Of a stretch of DNA of 59,163 nt, positions 25,328 to 34,138 are shown piece after piece (position 1 is the first letter of the stretch; each line of letters starts with the position of its first letter). This stretch comes from a virus. The notes beneath the pieces were generated by a model that was given only the letters and a program-made list of their open reading frames with translations, made no database searches and was not told the DNA's origin. The translations under genes and the position numbers were made by a program. The stretch lies in the IMG/VR virus record IMGVR_UViG_3300036770_001786, positions 1 through 59,163 of that record, one strand, 5' to 3'.

Positions 25328-25571
25328 AAGAAATCACCTTGATTCGTTCGATCATGTCGGCCACCTCATCGGCAGACAGGTTCTTGTCGTACCCTTCCGT
25401 TTCCAGTCGTGCATAAAACTGCTCGGCTGCTGCCGTGAGTGCCGCATTCCAGGTGGCTACCGTCGCTGATACGAGCTTGAATCGCACCTCCGGCGTCTGG
25501 TCCGGGAATAGCACATTGAACCACCGATTGAACTGCACGTGTTTCGGGTCTACTACTGGTTCTGTGCTCAT
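25311..25571 (-). CDS. Hypothetical protein (86 aa)
   Basis: ATG 25571 overlaps the MazG-like stop (ATGA) and is preceded by GAGG. Confidence 0.65.
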   Translation of the reverse strand: MSTEPVVDPKHVQFNRWFNVLFPDQTPEVRFKLVSATVATWNAALTAAAEQFYARLETEGYDKNLSADEVADMIERIKVISYVNIN

Positions 25572-26053
25572 ACGTGCCTCATGATTCGGGTATTTGTGTC
25601 TACCGTCCATTCGCGGTGCTCGTTGATGTCCATCTTCTCGTTTACCGCCTTGTGAATGTCGATTCCGTTCATCGCCGCAGCGTCCAGAAGCAGAATCATA
25701 ACGTCGCCCAATTCGTGCGCAGACTTCGGGTTTCGCGCGTACTCGCCGAGTTCCTCGTAGAGCTTGAGTAGAACGTCAGCAGTGGACCGCCCCGGGAACT
25801 GTTTATCGGCCCAATCCGTCACCCGCTGCTGCAGCTGCCGAATGTCGGCCCCCGACCGCTTCGTGTAGGCGTTCACCGCCCGCGCTGCGAGTTCGCAATT
25901 CTTGTACGCTCCCTCCAACACCCCCAGGGTCGAGTGCCGCACCTCGAACGTCGCGATCATGGCGCCATTGGCGTCTTTAAGCTCGGTATCCTCCGCGTGC
26001 CACGGGGTGGGCGAGAGTTCTTTGGTGTGAAAATCCGATTCATACTTAGGCAT
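25568..26053 (-). CDS. mazZ: MazG-like nucleotide pyrophosphohydrolase, MazZ-like by context
   Basis: ATG 26053 is preceded by ATAGGAGGAATTTCA. The C-terminal half WADKQFPGRS..LLKLYEELGEY...ELGDVMILLLDAAAMNGIDIHKAVNEKM is the MazG EExxE/D helix pattern. Confidence 0.7.
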   Translation of the reverse strand: MPKYESDFHTKELSPTPWHAEDTELKDANGAMIATFEVRHSTLGVLEGAYKNCELAARAVNAYTKRSGADIRQLQQRVTDWADKQFPGRSTADVLLKLYEELGEYARNPKSAHELGDVMILLLDAAAMNGIDIHKAVNEKMDINEHREWTVDTNTRIMRHV

Positions 26054-27188
26054 TGAAATTCCTCCTATAAGTCCGCCACATTTCAAGAATTCGTTTCCGT
26101 CGATCCGTCGATTGCGTGCAGCCCCAGATGGTATCATCAATCTCCAGTACATCCGACTCGGTTGGCCCTAACCCGATCGCCGCAATCCGGCAACCCTCGA
26201 TTGATTCGATAGCGTTCACAATGCGAACGATCTCGGCCTCATCCTGCACATAATTTACGAAGTTCAAAAACACCCGATCCACGCCATTGTATCGAATAGC
26301 CTCCTGAATCTGGGTCTCGCTGAACGTGAACACCCGACGCGGTAGGTTCGTCACCGTGGTGTACTCCTGCGGCTGTCCGATATCGGTGAACGAGATCTCG
26401 CGCTGGTCATCATAGCAAGGTCCGCTCCACTCGGTGAGCTTCACCTCGGTACCATTGTCCGCGTAGCGATTAGCCACCCGGATCGGATAAGTGCGAGCGG
26501 TGCCGTAAACGTGAAAAGCGCTCCCGGATTTGGCTTTCATCACCTTGGTCATTGATACGCCAGCATCGGCCAGGATTTGCATCGTGCTCACATCGCGGGA
26601 GGTGGTGTAAGGATAGAACCCATGGTAGATCGACAGGCTGTAGCCTTGTGCGCCTTCGATCATCAGGTTCTCGGCCTTATCGACTAAATCGTGCCACTCC
26701 TCGGTGGTAACCACAAATTGCATCAAACCCGGGCAATGCGAAGCAACGTTCGGCTCTTCCACCCGACGATTGATCCGGTCGATGATCGCCGCACCTACGC
26801 CTTTTCGCGTAGAACCAATCTTGCCCGGGTTCTCGCTCTCGATCTGGCGGTGCCGTTCAAGCACGACCGCCGCATGAGGGTGAATGTAGAATTTAACCTT
26901 CCGCGCCTCGATGATGTCCTTGCACGCCGCCATCTCGGCCAAAAGCTTCTGGGGGTCGATCACCGAACCCGGCCCCAAGAGCACCTTATCACAGAAGTCC
27001 GACACGATCCCGAGCGCTAATTGGGTGTGCACGAATTTGCGGCCCTCCTTGTCGATGAATGTGTGACCCGCGTTGGGCGCCCAAGTCGTGATCACCGTGT
27101 CGTACGCGTGACGCTTAGCGAGCCACCCGACAAGAAGTCCCTTGCCTGTGCTGCCGTACTGCAGATCTAGTACTAAATCTATACGCAT
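26046..27188 (-). CDS. purZ: Adenylosuccinate-synthetase homologue, PurZ-like (N6-succino-2-amino-2'-deoxyadenylate synthase)
   Basis: PurA scaffold motifs are present: DLQYGSTGKG (PurA: QWGDEGKGK), PNAGHT, IGSTRKGVGAAI, IEGAQGYSLSIYHGFYPYTTS and TYPIRV. It is flanked by a family-A polymerase and by MazG and HD genes. Confidence 0.78.
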   Translation of the reverse strand: MRIDLVLDLQYGSTGKGLLVGWLAKRHAYDTVITTWAPNAGHTFIDKEGRKFVHTQLALGIVSDFCDKVLLGPGSVIDPQKLLAEMAACKDIIEARKVKFYIHPHAAVVLERHRQIESENPGKIGSTRKGVGAAIIDRINRRVEEPNVASHCPGLMQFVVTTEEWHDLVDKAENLMIEGAQGYSLSIYHGFYPYTTSRDVSTMQILADAGVSMTKVMKAKSGSAFHVYGTARTYPIRVANRYADNGTEVKLTEWSGPCYDDQREISFTDIGQPQEYTTVTNLPRRVFTFSETQIQEAIRYNGVDRVFLNFVNYVQDEAEIVRIVNAIESIEGCRIAAIGLGPTESDVLEIDDTIWGCTQSTDRRKRILEMWRTYRRNFNA

Positions 27189-27194
27189 TTGTGT

Positions 27195-29027
27195 TTATCC
27201 CTTTGCATCATACCAGTTATCGCCCAGTCCCCAGTCGCAGGTGATAGGTACCCGCAGCCCGATTGGGCATTCTTTTCCATCGAATGTTGTATATATATGC
27301 GCTATATGTTCCGCGTGCTCCTTCGAGTCGTTGTCTAAAGATATCCCCACTTCATCGTGCACGGTCAGCAGCAGCCGCCCGCATTCATGCTCAGCCAGAT
27401 ACTCGTGCAGCTCGATGAGCTTCTGCTTCATGCAATCAGCGGACGTTGCCTGATAAATAAGCCCCGACGCCTTGTGCACGAACTGCCCACCCGGAAACCG
27501 GATGTGCCGCCCCATGATCGAATGCACGAACCCCCGCTCCTTGGCGATACTGGACGCCTTCTGCGCCATGTTCCGCATCCCAGGATTCGCGGAGTGGTAT
27601 TTCTCGAACAGCTCCATCGCCTCGGGTCCCGCCTTGAGGTACACGTTCCCGTTCGGCCCGGTCTCCTCCGTGTACGGCAACCCGCACTCCTGCGCCAGCT
27701 TCCCCGACCCCATGTTGAAGGCCAGCCCCAGGTTAATCGCCTTGGAAGAGGGACCACCGGCGTATTGGGCGTTCCGGGGGATTCCGGTCATATCAGATAC
27801 TAGCTGGTGGAAGTCCAGATTCGGGTTATCCGCGTACGCCTTGATAATGGCCGGCACGTTCCCGTAGTGGTTCGCCACCCGGAACTCGAATTGCGACCAG
27901 TCCATACCGAGCCATTGAGCGCCGTGGTCGGCCAAGAAGATCGGACGAATCAACGCCTTGATCTCTTTATCCCGTGACGGTATCTGCTGCAGCGCCGGGT
28001 TCGTCACCGAGAGCCGTCCCGTGCCGGTCCCCGCTTCCGCGTCATTCTTGGTCTGGTTGTAATTGCAGTGGATGACCCCGTCGTGGTGGTGCCCCAGAAT
28101 GTGGCCCGACAGAAACGTGTCGCGCGTCTTGAGCATCTTGCGCAGATCCAGAATCATCTTGGCCGCAGGGTGTTTCATCCGCCGCAGGCACTCGGCGTTG
28201 ATCGACGCCTTTCCACCGTCGGTCTTGTCAGCCCGGGTGCCATCGATCAAGTACCATTCATTGTCATCGCGCAGCTCGGGCTTGAACAGTTCGGTGATGG
28301 ATCCGGAAGGGTTCGGGTTCACCTCGAAGCCTGCCATCTTATTCAGATCCCTCTGCATGATGTCGACCCGACGGGTAAGGTCCTCGACGGCCTCCTCGGC
28401 ACGCTCTACATCAACCCGCACGCCCTGCTGCTCCATGTCGATGATCACGGGCATTAACCGCTGCTCAAGGGCGTAGACCTGATGCAGACCCTGCCGCTCG
28501 ATCTCCTGCTCCTGCCACTCGTAAAGCGCGTAGGCCGCGACCACGTCCTGCTTGGCATAGGGTGCTACTACCTGCGCCGGCGCTTTCGATATGTTCGGCA
28601 TCTGTGCGTTCCGCGTGGCCCTCCCGCCGAAAAGCTTCGCCAGCTGCTCGTAGATCTCCTCTTCCTTCTTCTGCCCCGCATACTTGCGTGCCAAGAAGTC
28701 CAACGCGTAGGTGGGCTCGTGCTCGTTTATCAACGCGCCCCGGACCATCGTACAATGCAGCCGGTTCAAGGGCAGCACGATCCCCGCCTCACGCAGAAAA
28801 TGGTAATCGAACTTGATGTTGTGGTTCACCCATCGCGTGACCGCCTTCGACTCGGCGAGGTCCCGCAGGAAGTCCACCGCCGTGGGTGTCTGCCGCAGAT
28901 CCCAGTAGAAGGGCTCGACGCCCGGGAGAAGCAGCGACACACCGAAAACGCGGTCCTGCCACCATTTCAGCCCGGTGGTCTCGCAGTCGATCGTCACGAC
29001 TGTAGGGGAGTCAATACGGGGAAACAT
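27195..29027 (-). CDS. dpoZ: Family-A DNA polymerase with 3'-5' exonuclease, DpoZ-like by context
   Basis: Exo I IDCETTGL, motif A DWSQFEFRV, motif B SSKAINLGLAFNMGSGKL and motif C LLTVHDEV. ATG 29027 overlaps the TGA of the upstream gene, and the 48-aa track extension is out of character. Confidence 0.85.
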   Translation of the reverse strand: MFPRIDSPTVVTIDCETTGLKWWQDRVFGVSLLLPGVEPFYWDLRQTPTAVDFLRDLAESKAVTRWVNHNIKFDYHFLREAGIVLPLNRLHCTMVRGALINEHEPTYALDFLARKYAGQKKEEEIYEQLAKLFGGRATRNAQMPNISKAPAQVVAPYAKQDVVAAYALYEWQEQEIERQGLHQVYALEQRLMPVIIDMEQQGVRVDVERAEEAVEDLTRRVDIMQRDLNKMAGFEVNPNPSGSITELFKPELRDDNEWYLIDGTRADKTDGGKASINAECLRRMKHPAAKMILDLRKMLKTRDTFLSGHILGHHHDGVIHCNYNQTKNDAEAGTGTGRLSVTNPALQQIPSRDKEIKALIRPIFLADHGAQWLGMDWSQFEFRVANHYGNVPAIIKAYADNPNLDFHQLVSDMTGIPRNAQYAGGPSSKAINLGLAFNMGSGKLAQECGLPYTEETGPNGNVYLKAGPEAMELFEKYHSANPGMRNMAQKASSIAKERGFVHSIMGRHIRFPGGQFVHKASGLIYQATSADCMKQKLIELHEYLAEHECGRLLLTVHDEVGISLDNDSKEHAEHIAHIYTTFDGKECPIGLRVPITCDWGLGDNWYDAKG

Positions 29028-29287
29028 CAGAATGGGTAGTCGTCTTCGAGATCGTCGAGATTCTGCGCCTTCGGGGGTGCCTTGGGCTTCACCCCATCCT
29101 TCGGCTTGATCTTCAGATGGAAGTACTTCTGTCCCTCGATCTTGGAACCCTCTTTGCCCGTGTTCACCCAAGCCGACAGCCAGTAATCCACGCCATCGAC
29201 GTTGATTGAACCCGTAAACTCCGGATGCTTTTCGGTCTCGCGATTGCGATTCCGCATCAACATCCCGGTATTGGTATTATCGTACAT
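29027..29287 (-). CDS. Small protein with an SSB-type acidic C-terminal tip (DDLEDDYPF)
   Basis: 86 aa. A beta-rich core (FTGSINVDGVDYWLSAWVNTG..YFHLKIKPK) is followed by a Pro/Lys linker and a tail like SSB DDDIPF. First gene behind promoter 29322-29351. Confidence 0.6.
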   Translation of the reverse strand: MYDNTNTGMLMRNRNRETEKHPEFTGSINVDGVDYWLSAWVNTGKEGSKIEGQKYFHLKIKPKDGVKPKAPPKAQNLDDLEDDYPF

Positions 29288-29321
29288 TGTGGTAGTCCTC
29301 TATTAGTGTTATCGAGTAATA

Positions 29322-29351
29322 ATTATACTGCCGGTGCTGCTATCCTGTCAA
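29322..29351 (-). promoter_or_regulatory. Sigma70 early promoter ACTTGACA-18-TATAAT driving the SSB-like / polymerase / Z-cluster operon
   Basis: -35 at 29351-29346 and -10 at 29327-29322. The leader carries CTAATAGAGGACTACCACA before the ATG. Confidence 0.75.
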
Positions 29352-29353
29352 GT

Positions 29354-30769
29354 CTATAATCTATAGCCGTTGTATCCCTCCACTATGTCCAGTATGTTCT
29401 TACTCCGAGTCATCCCCACGTAGAACACCCGTACCTCATCATCCGGATTATTTTCGGCGGTCTGCTGCACCCGCGTCGTCAGGTCGGTAAGCAGAATCAC
29501 GTGCTCGGCCTCACTACCCTTGGCCGAATGGATCGTGGATAGCCGCAGCGAAGGTACGCTGTCGAGATCCGCATCCATATAGAAATCCACCACCCGCGAT
29601 GGAATGTCGAGCTGCACATAGAACGGACGCGCCACCACCGACTTGTAATCGTTCTGGTCCAGCATCCTTTTGACCTCAGGTACCGCCAACGTCCAGAGCG
29701 CGTTGCGTTCAGTATCAGTGAGCGTCACGCCGCTTTCCATCTTGCGGAACGACCGGATACCGTTCGCTATCTTGTTCTGGTACATTCCGGGACGACCCGA
29801 CTCCCTAAGATACGGTATTCGGCGATCGATGAGCGAGCGCTCGACCTCACGCAGGACTGAGTGCGTCCGCGCCAAAAGTAGCGTATCGGTTCCCCCTTCG
29901 ATGTCCACCGAGTTGATCGAACCGTGTAGGCGTACCAATCCCACATGACCCTTGGAACTAAACTTCTTATCGACTCGGCGAAGGACTCGACGAATGAGGG
30001 CTTGAGATTTCTCGTAGACAGCAACAGGAAGTCGATGTGAGAGCGATAAAACTTGGCTAGTACCACCGTGTTTCTCACAGAAGACAGCCATACCATGCGG
30101 ATCTGCCCCTGCCCAAGTGTAAATCGCTTGGTCATCGTCTCCCGCAATGTGAACCTCATCTGCGCGTTTGCAGAAGCGGTCGATAACCTGCCACTGAAGA
30201 GGTGATAGGTCTTGAGCTTCGTCGACGAAGATAACCTCTGCATCCAACGAAACACCTCGCTTGATCGATCGTTCGAGCATGTCGGTGAAGTCGTAGTAAC
30301 CGTAGGTAGATTTCCAATCAGCGTAAGCCCGAACAAACATATCGAATTCCGCACGAGTTCCTGGTCGTTCGGATAAGTCGTACGCCATCGAGGGTTCCAT
30401 GAAGGTGTTTCGCGCGTTGTTAAGAATGTCAAGATAGTAGTCCCCGTCTGCTCTCTCTTCGTCATCCTCGGGTGATTTTCCGATTACCGGTATCCCGGTC
30501 GCTACCGAGAATTCGCGCAGCTTAATCGTATCCACCACCTGAGCCTGTTTTAAACGTAGATGCCTGAATGCCATCGCATGGATGGTGCTCACATTGTCGG
30601 ACTTCTTGATTCCGAGTCGTGAGAGCGCCTCATGGGCAGCGGCACGGGTGAACGACATAAATGCCACCCGCTCCGCTTGCACTCCTGCATCGCGCGTTTC
30701 TTGGACCCTCCGCAGCAGCTCGGTAGTTTTACCGGTGCCGGGAGGTCCGTAAATCGCTTCAACGCGCAT
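29354..30769 (-). CDS. SF1 (UvrD/Dda-like) DNA helicase
   Basis: Walker A GPPGTGKT, FVDEAQDL, IAGDDDQAIYTWAG, STIHSAKGSEAEHV and VGMTRSK. Confidence 0.85.
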   Translation of the reverse strand: MRVEAIYGPPGTGKTTELLRRVQETRDAGVQAERVAFMSFTRAAAHEALSRLGIKKSDNVSTIHAMAFRHLRLKQAQVVDTIKLREFSVATGIPVIGKSPEDDEERADGDYYLDILNNARNTFMEPSMAYDLSERPGTRAEFDMFVRAYADWKSTYGYYDFTDMLERSIKRGVSLDAEVIFVDEAQDLSPLQWQVIDRFCKRADEVHIAGDDDQAIYTWAGADPHGMAVFCEKHGGTSQVLSLSHRLPVAVYEKSQALIRRVLRRVDKKFSSKGHVGLVRLHGSINSVDIEGGTDTLLLARTHSVLREVERSLIDRRIPYLRESGRPGMYQNKIANGIRSFRKMESGVTLTDTERNALWTLAVPEVKRMLDQNDYKSVVARPFYVQLDIPSRVVDFYMDADLDSVPSLRLSTIHSAKGSEAEHVILLTDLTTRVQQTAENNPDDEVRVFYVGMTRSKNILDIVEGYNGYRL

Positions 30770-31518
30770 TAAAACTCGGTGTCGCTCGCTGGTGTTACTT
30801 CACCATCGAAGTCCGAGGAGACCTTCACTGCGCCGCCACGGATCGTATGGTATAGCTTCTCGGCCTTCTCGTACACATCCTTCGACACGAATCCGAGCGG
30901 GTGAACGGCGAAGTTATAGTAACTTTCATTCCGCGCATTCGTCTCGGTCGCCGCCGACAGCTGGTACGCCCGGGCAAACGAGTCGGTGTTGGTGAGTCGA
31001 ATGAGCGAGTTCCAACGCTTGCTCACCTTCATCTTGGACTTGGCCATCGAGATGACCGCCTCCTGCCAACCACCGTCCTTGAGCTTCACGAGCACAAAAT
31101 GCTGCGCCGTGTCCGTCACTTCCAGGCCTTCCTCACCCAACGCCGCGACTGCGTCATCGGCCTCGGATTTGGAATTGAATGCACCCCGGAACCCATTGCT
31201 CCCCCCGCCACCCACCTTCCGATCCTTCCAAATCAGATACTGCTTGGTGTAGAACACGGGGACCACCGTCACGGTCGAACCATACAGTTCGCGCGTCACG
31301 TTGTTGTAGAGCATACCCTCATCGGCCCCCTCAATGTAGGCCGAATCGTTCTTTTTGCGCGCCGGGGACAGCGCCTGAATCAGTTCGATTCGCGGGATAA
31401 TGAGGTCATCATTCCCCACGTTCTCGGCACCACGATTACCCTGTTTGATGTAATCGGGGATCTGATCGCCAACGATGATTTCGTTAGTCTCTACCACTGC
31501 TAATTGACCTTTGGCCAT
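30769..31518 (-). CDS. Hypothetical replication/recombination-module protein
   Basis: 249 aa with SD AGGAG. It lies between a coiled-coil protein and the helicase. A role in ssDNA binding or annealing is a positional guess only. Confidence 0.7.
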   Translation of the reverse strand: MAKGQLAVVETNEIIVGDQIPDYIKQGNRGAENVGNDDLIIPRIELIQALSPARKKNDSAYIEGADEGMLYNNVTRELYGSTVTVVPVFYTKQYLIWKDRKVGGGGSNGFRGAFNSKSEADDAVAALGEEGLEVTDTAQHFVLVKLKDGGWQEAVISMAKSKMKVSKRWNSLIRLTNTDSFARAYQLSAATETNARNESYYNFAVHPLGFVSKDVYEKAEKLYHTIRGGAVKVSSDFDGEVTPASDTEF

Positions 31519-31546
31519 TTTTAAAGCTCCTAGTTACATGATTAAA

Positions 31547-31564
31547 GACACGCCGGAGCGTGCC
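31547..31564 (-). terminator. Hairpin GGCACGC-UCCG-GCGUGUC followed by UUUAAU
   Basis: 7-bp stem (one G-U pair) in the 72-nt spacer 31519-31590. The short U tract makes this a weak intrinsic terminator or attenuator candidate. Confidence 0.3.
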
Positions 31565-31590
31565 ACGGTATCCGGCTCGCGCCGAATTCT

Positions 31591-32037
31591 TTACTCCTTC
31601 GTTATGCTTGCGCGCTCGAAGGGACTAATATTCAACAGGTCCTCAGGCGGGATCTCGCCTTCCTTGAACATCTTCTTGACCGAAGCCTTCAACGTCGACG
31701 CGTTCACGGTCTCCGAAATCAGATCGGTACGCCCGTTATCCCGCAGCCACTGGTAGAAGTCGTCCTTCTTGTCTGCCTTGATCGACACGTGCATGTCGGC
31801 GGTGATCGACACCCGACCCACACCCTTGACCGAGATCCGGTCGATGTTCTCGTCATTCATGACGGTGGGGATCTTGGTGATGCGCAAGAAGTCGAACGTC
31901 TCGTTCACCTCTTTAAGCGTCTCTTCGAGCGACTCCTTCTGCTTGCGCACGTCGTTCATTTCCATCACTAGATCTACAAGATCCATGCCGTCGTACTTGG
32001 CGAATTTATTATCAGTGGACAAGTTCGTTCTCCTCAA
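31591..32037 (-). CDS. Hypothetical protein with an N-terminal coiled coil
   Basis: The track start is a TTG at 32037. Because GAGGAG lies at 32035-32030, a TTG at 32022 is a better start. The stop is firm. Confidence 0.65.
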   Translation of the reverse strand: MRRTNLSTDNKFAKYDGMDLVDLVMEMNDVRKQKESLEETLKEVNETFDFLRITKIPTVMNDENIDRISVKGVGRVSITADMHVSIKADKKDDFYQWLRDNGRTDLISETVNASTLKASVKKMFKEGEIPPEDLLNISPFERASITKE

Positions 32038-32362
32038 TGCTTATGAATAGGGGTGCATACATCTGGTCGCGGGCGTTCCATTTCAATACCTGGAAGTGCG
32101 AGGTCTTCTCCCTCAAGATCGCGAACACCAGCCCCGTAATGACCGGCGAGCCACTCGGTGCGATGAAGTCGATCTCTTTGTTGAAGTTCTTCAGATTCTC
32201 ACGCAGCACGGCAATGACCTTCTTGTTGTGCACGCTATTCTTGAATTGCGACAGTTCTGACGCGGTGAGGAACACGACTTCACCAAATTGCTCGGCGGGT
32301 CCGTAGTTCGCGGTACGCACCTCTTGGGTCACGTACACCTTGGGCTTTGGTAAAAAGTTCAT
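32012..32362 (-). CDS. Hypothetical protein (116 aa)
   Basis: ATG 32362 is preceded by AGGAGATAGAGGACTT. Confidence 0.75.
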   Translation of the reverse strand: MNFLPKPKVYVTQEVRTANYGPAEQFGEVVFLTASELSQFKNSVHNKKVIAVLRENLKNFNKEIDFIAPSGSPVITGLVFAILREKTSHFQVLKWNARDQMYAPLFISIEENELVH

Positions 32363-32388
32363 AAGTCCTCTATCTCCTAAGAATCTAT

Positions 32389-32397
32389 ATTATAACA
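32389..32397 (-). promoter_or_regulatory. Extended -10 promoter TGtTATAAT just downstream of the SNF2 stop
   Basis: Minus strand reads ccgTGTTATAATatag. There is no good -35. Confidence 0.45.
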
Positions 32398-32401
32398 CGG
32401 G

Positions 32402-34138
32402 CTACGCATCCCCGAATAGATCGCTTGCATTCTTCTCGTTTATGCTCACTCGCACGAACTCCGACACGTCTTTCTTCTCCCGAAGTGCCTGTGCTACAAT
32501 AGAATCTACCGTTCCTTCGGCGATAATGTCAATGTAGGTTACTGACTTCGTCTGTCCTATGCGATGCGCACGGTCCTCGGATTGCTCACGGTCGGTGAAT
32601 GAGAACGAATTCGAGTAGTACACGACGGTCTCGGCCCGAGTCATGTTCAGCCCCACTCCACCGGTGGCCGCGTTACCCACGAGGAACCGCGCCCGCCCCT
32701 TCTGGAATAGCTCCTGCACATTATAATCGCGCTGCTCCTCCGAGATCTCACCATAGATCTGCACGACACTTTCTAGGCCATACTCATCCTGCAGTGCCTC
32801 AGTGACCATGCGGATCTCCTCGACGAATCGACACCAAATGATCATCGAGCCTTCGGTCTCCTCGCAGATCGCCAGAAGCTCCTCGACCTTGGGATTCCTA
32901 CCCCCGATTCTAGAGTGAGTAAACTTCGACCGATCGAACAGATCCGGGTTGCGCTCGAATGTGATCACACCCCCGGTGATCTCCTGCAACCGCAGCATCC
33001 GCTCCAGCACCGATTTGACCGTAATCCCCTGGTCGCCCACCACCGTCTGGTCACGTTTCGCGATGTCCTTGTATAGGCGCCGCTGCTCATCGGTCATCTG
33101 CACTTCTCGGGTCTCGTAGATCTTGGGCGGCAGCTCGGTCAGCACTTCGGACTTGCGCACCTGGAACACGAACGGCGAGATCAGCTCGATCAGCTCCTCC
33201 ATGTTCTGGTACCCGACGATCTCTTTGTTCTCGAATCCGCCCATTACCGCATACCGATTCCGGAATGAGTAGAAATCTCCGATCCCTAGTATATCCGGAT
33301 CTAGGCACTCGAACTGCATATATACATCCATGGGGCCATTCGCCACCGGGGTACCCGTCATGATCAGCCGGTAGGCGACCGACTTCGAGAGCTTCACGCA
33401 ATTGCGGGACCGCACCGCTGAGTGATTCTTGATCATGTGCGCTTCGTCCACGATCATACCCACCCGCGTGCTGGTGTCGACGAATTTTTGCGCGTAGAGA
33501 ATCGCATTGCCGGCAGCGAGTGACTCGGTACCCACAATAAGAATCTTCATCGCGTCACCGGTGCCCGTGTTCCATTCCTCGAACACCTTGGGCTTCGTGG
33601 TGTTCAGAATCATCACATCGGTATTTATCGGCGCATGAATGGCGACTTCGCGCTCCCAGTTCTTTCGCGTCGAGAACTTCGTGACGACCAGAAGGCGATC
33701 GACCTTGGAATCAAGAAAATAAGCCGAGAAGAGATCTAGCGCCGTCTTGGTTTTGCCGGTACCCATGTCCATATAGAAGGCGAACCCGGGCTTGCCGTAG
33801 GCGTGATTCAGCGCCCGCTGCTGGTATGGACGCGGCTCGGTCTTGAACGAATACTTGAACGGGAACTGTACGTTCTCGACCTTCCGACGCTCTAGTGACT
33901 CGACAGCCTTTTGATACGCCTTCTCCTCAAATGTGCCGCGATCAAACGCTCGAAGGAGATAATCACTATTAGAGCGGAGAACAGGAGCAGCCCAGACACT
34001 ACGACGAGCATCCCATCGCCGGTTAGGGACCTTACGAACTCGATCAACGAGCCAAGGAGGACAGCTAATAAGAAAACGACTTGACTTCTCATCGTAACTG
34101 ATCCTTAAATCAGAATTCGGTTTTAAATTCGGGTTCAT
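32402..34138 (-). CDS. SNF2-family helicase/translocase
   Basis: PYQQRAL, DMGTGKT, DEAHMIKN and QSEDRAHRIGQ. Confidence 0.9.
   Translation of the reverse strand: MNPNLKPNSDLRISYDEKSSRFLISCPPWLVDRVRKVPNRRWDARRSVWAAPVLRSNSDYLLRAFDRGTFEEKAYQKAVESLERRKVENVQFPFKYSFKTEPRPYQQRALNHAYGKPGFAFYMDMGTGKTKTALDLFSAYFLDSKVDRLLVVTKFSTRKNWEREVAIHAPINTDVMILNTTKPKVFEEWNTGTGDAMKILIVGTESLAAGNAILYAQKFVDTSTRVGMIVDEAHMIKNHSAVRSRNCVKLSKSVAYRLIMTGTPVANGPMDVYMQFECLDPDILGIGDFYSFRNRYAVMGGFENKEIVGYQNMEELIELISPFVFQVRKSEVLTELPPKIYETREVQMTDEQRRLYKDIAKRDQTVVGDQGITVKSVLERMLRLQEITGGVITFERNPDLFDRSKFTHSRIGGRNPKVEELLAICEETEGSMIIWCRFVEEIRMVTEALQDEYGLESVVQIYGEISEEQRDYNVQELFQKGRARFLVGNAATGGVGLNMTRAETVVYYSNSFSFTDREQSEDRAHRIGQTKSVTYIDIIAEGTVDSIVAQALREKKDVSEFVRVSINEKNASDLFGDA

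Noticed and set aside
29028-29171. A 48-aa N-terminal extension of the polymerase ORF. Similar extensions occur at 26054..26152 (MazG-like), 16331..16423 (TerS), 24566..24676, 25572..25610 and 56572..56631.
   Set aside because: The extensions overlap the preceding genes out of frame, have odd composition (Gly/Arg/Trp rich), and a downstream ATG with a good SD or a stop-start overlap is available.
29767-30465. A 232-aa minus-strand ORF inside the helicase gene; likewise 8124..8648, 2608..2853 and 20361..20848.
   Set aside because: They are alternative frames of genes whose main frame carries clear family motifs. The alternative products are Arg/Ser/Thr/Trp-rich with no RBS.
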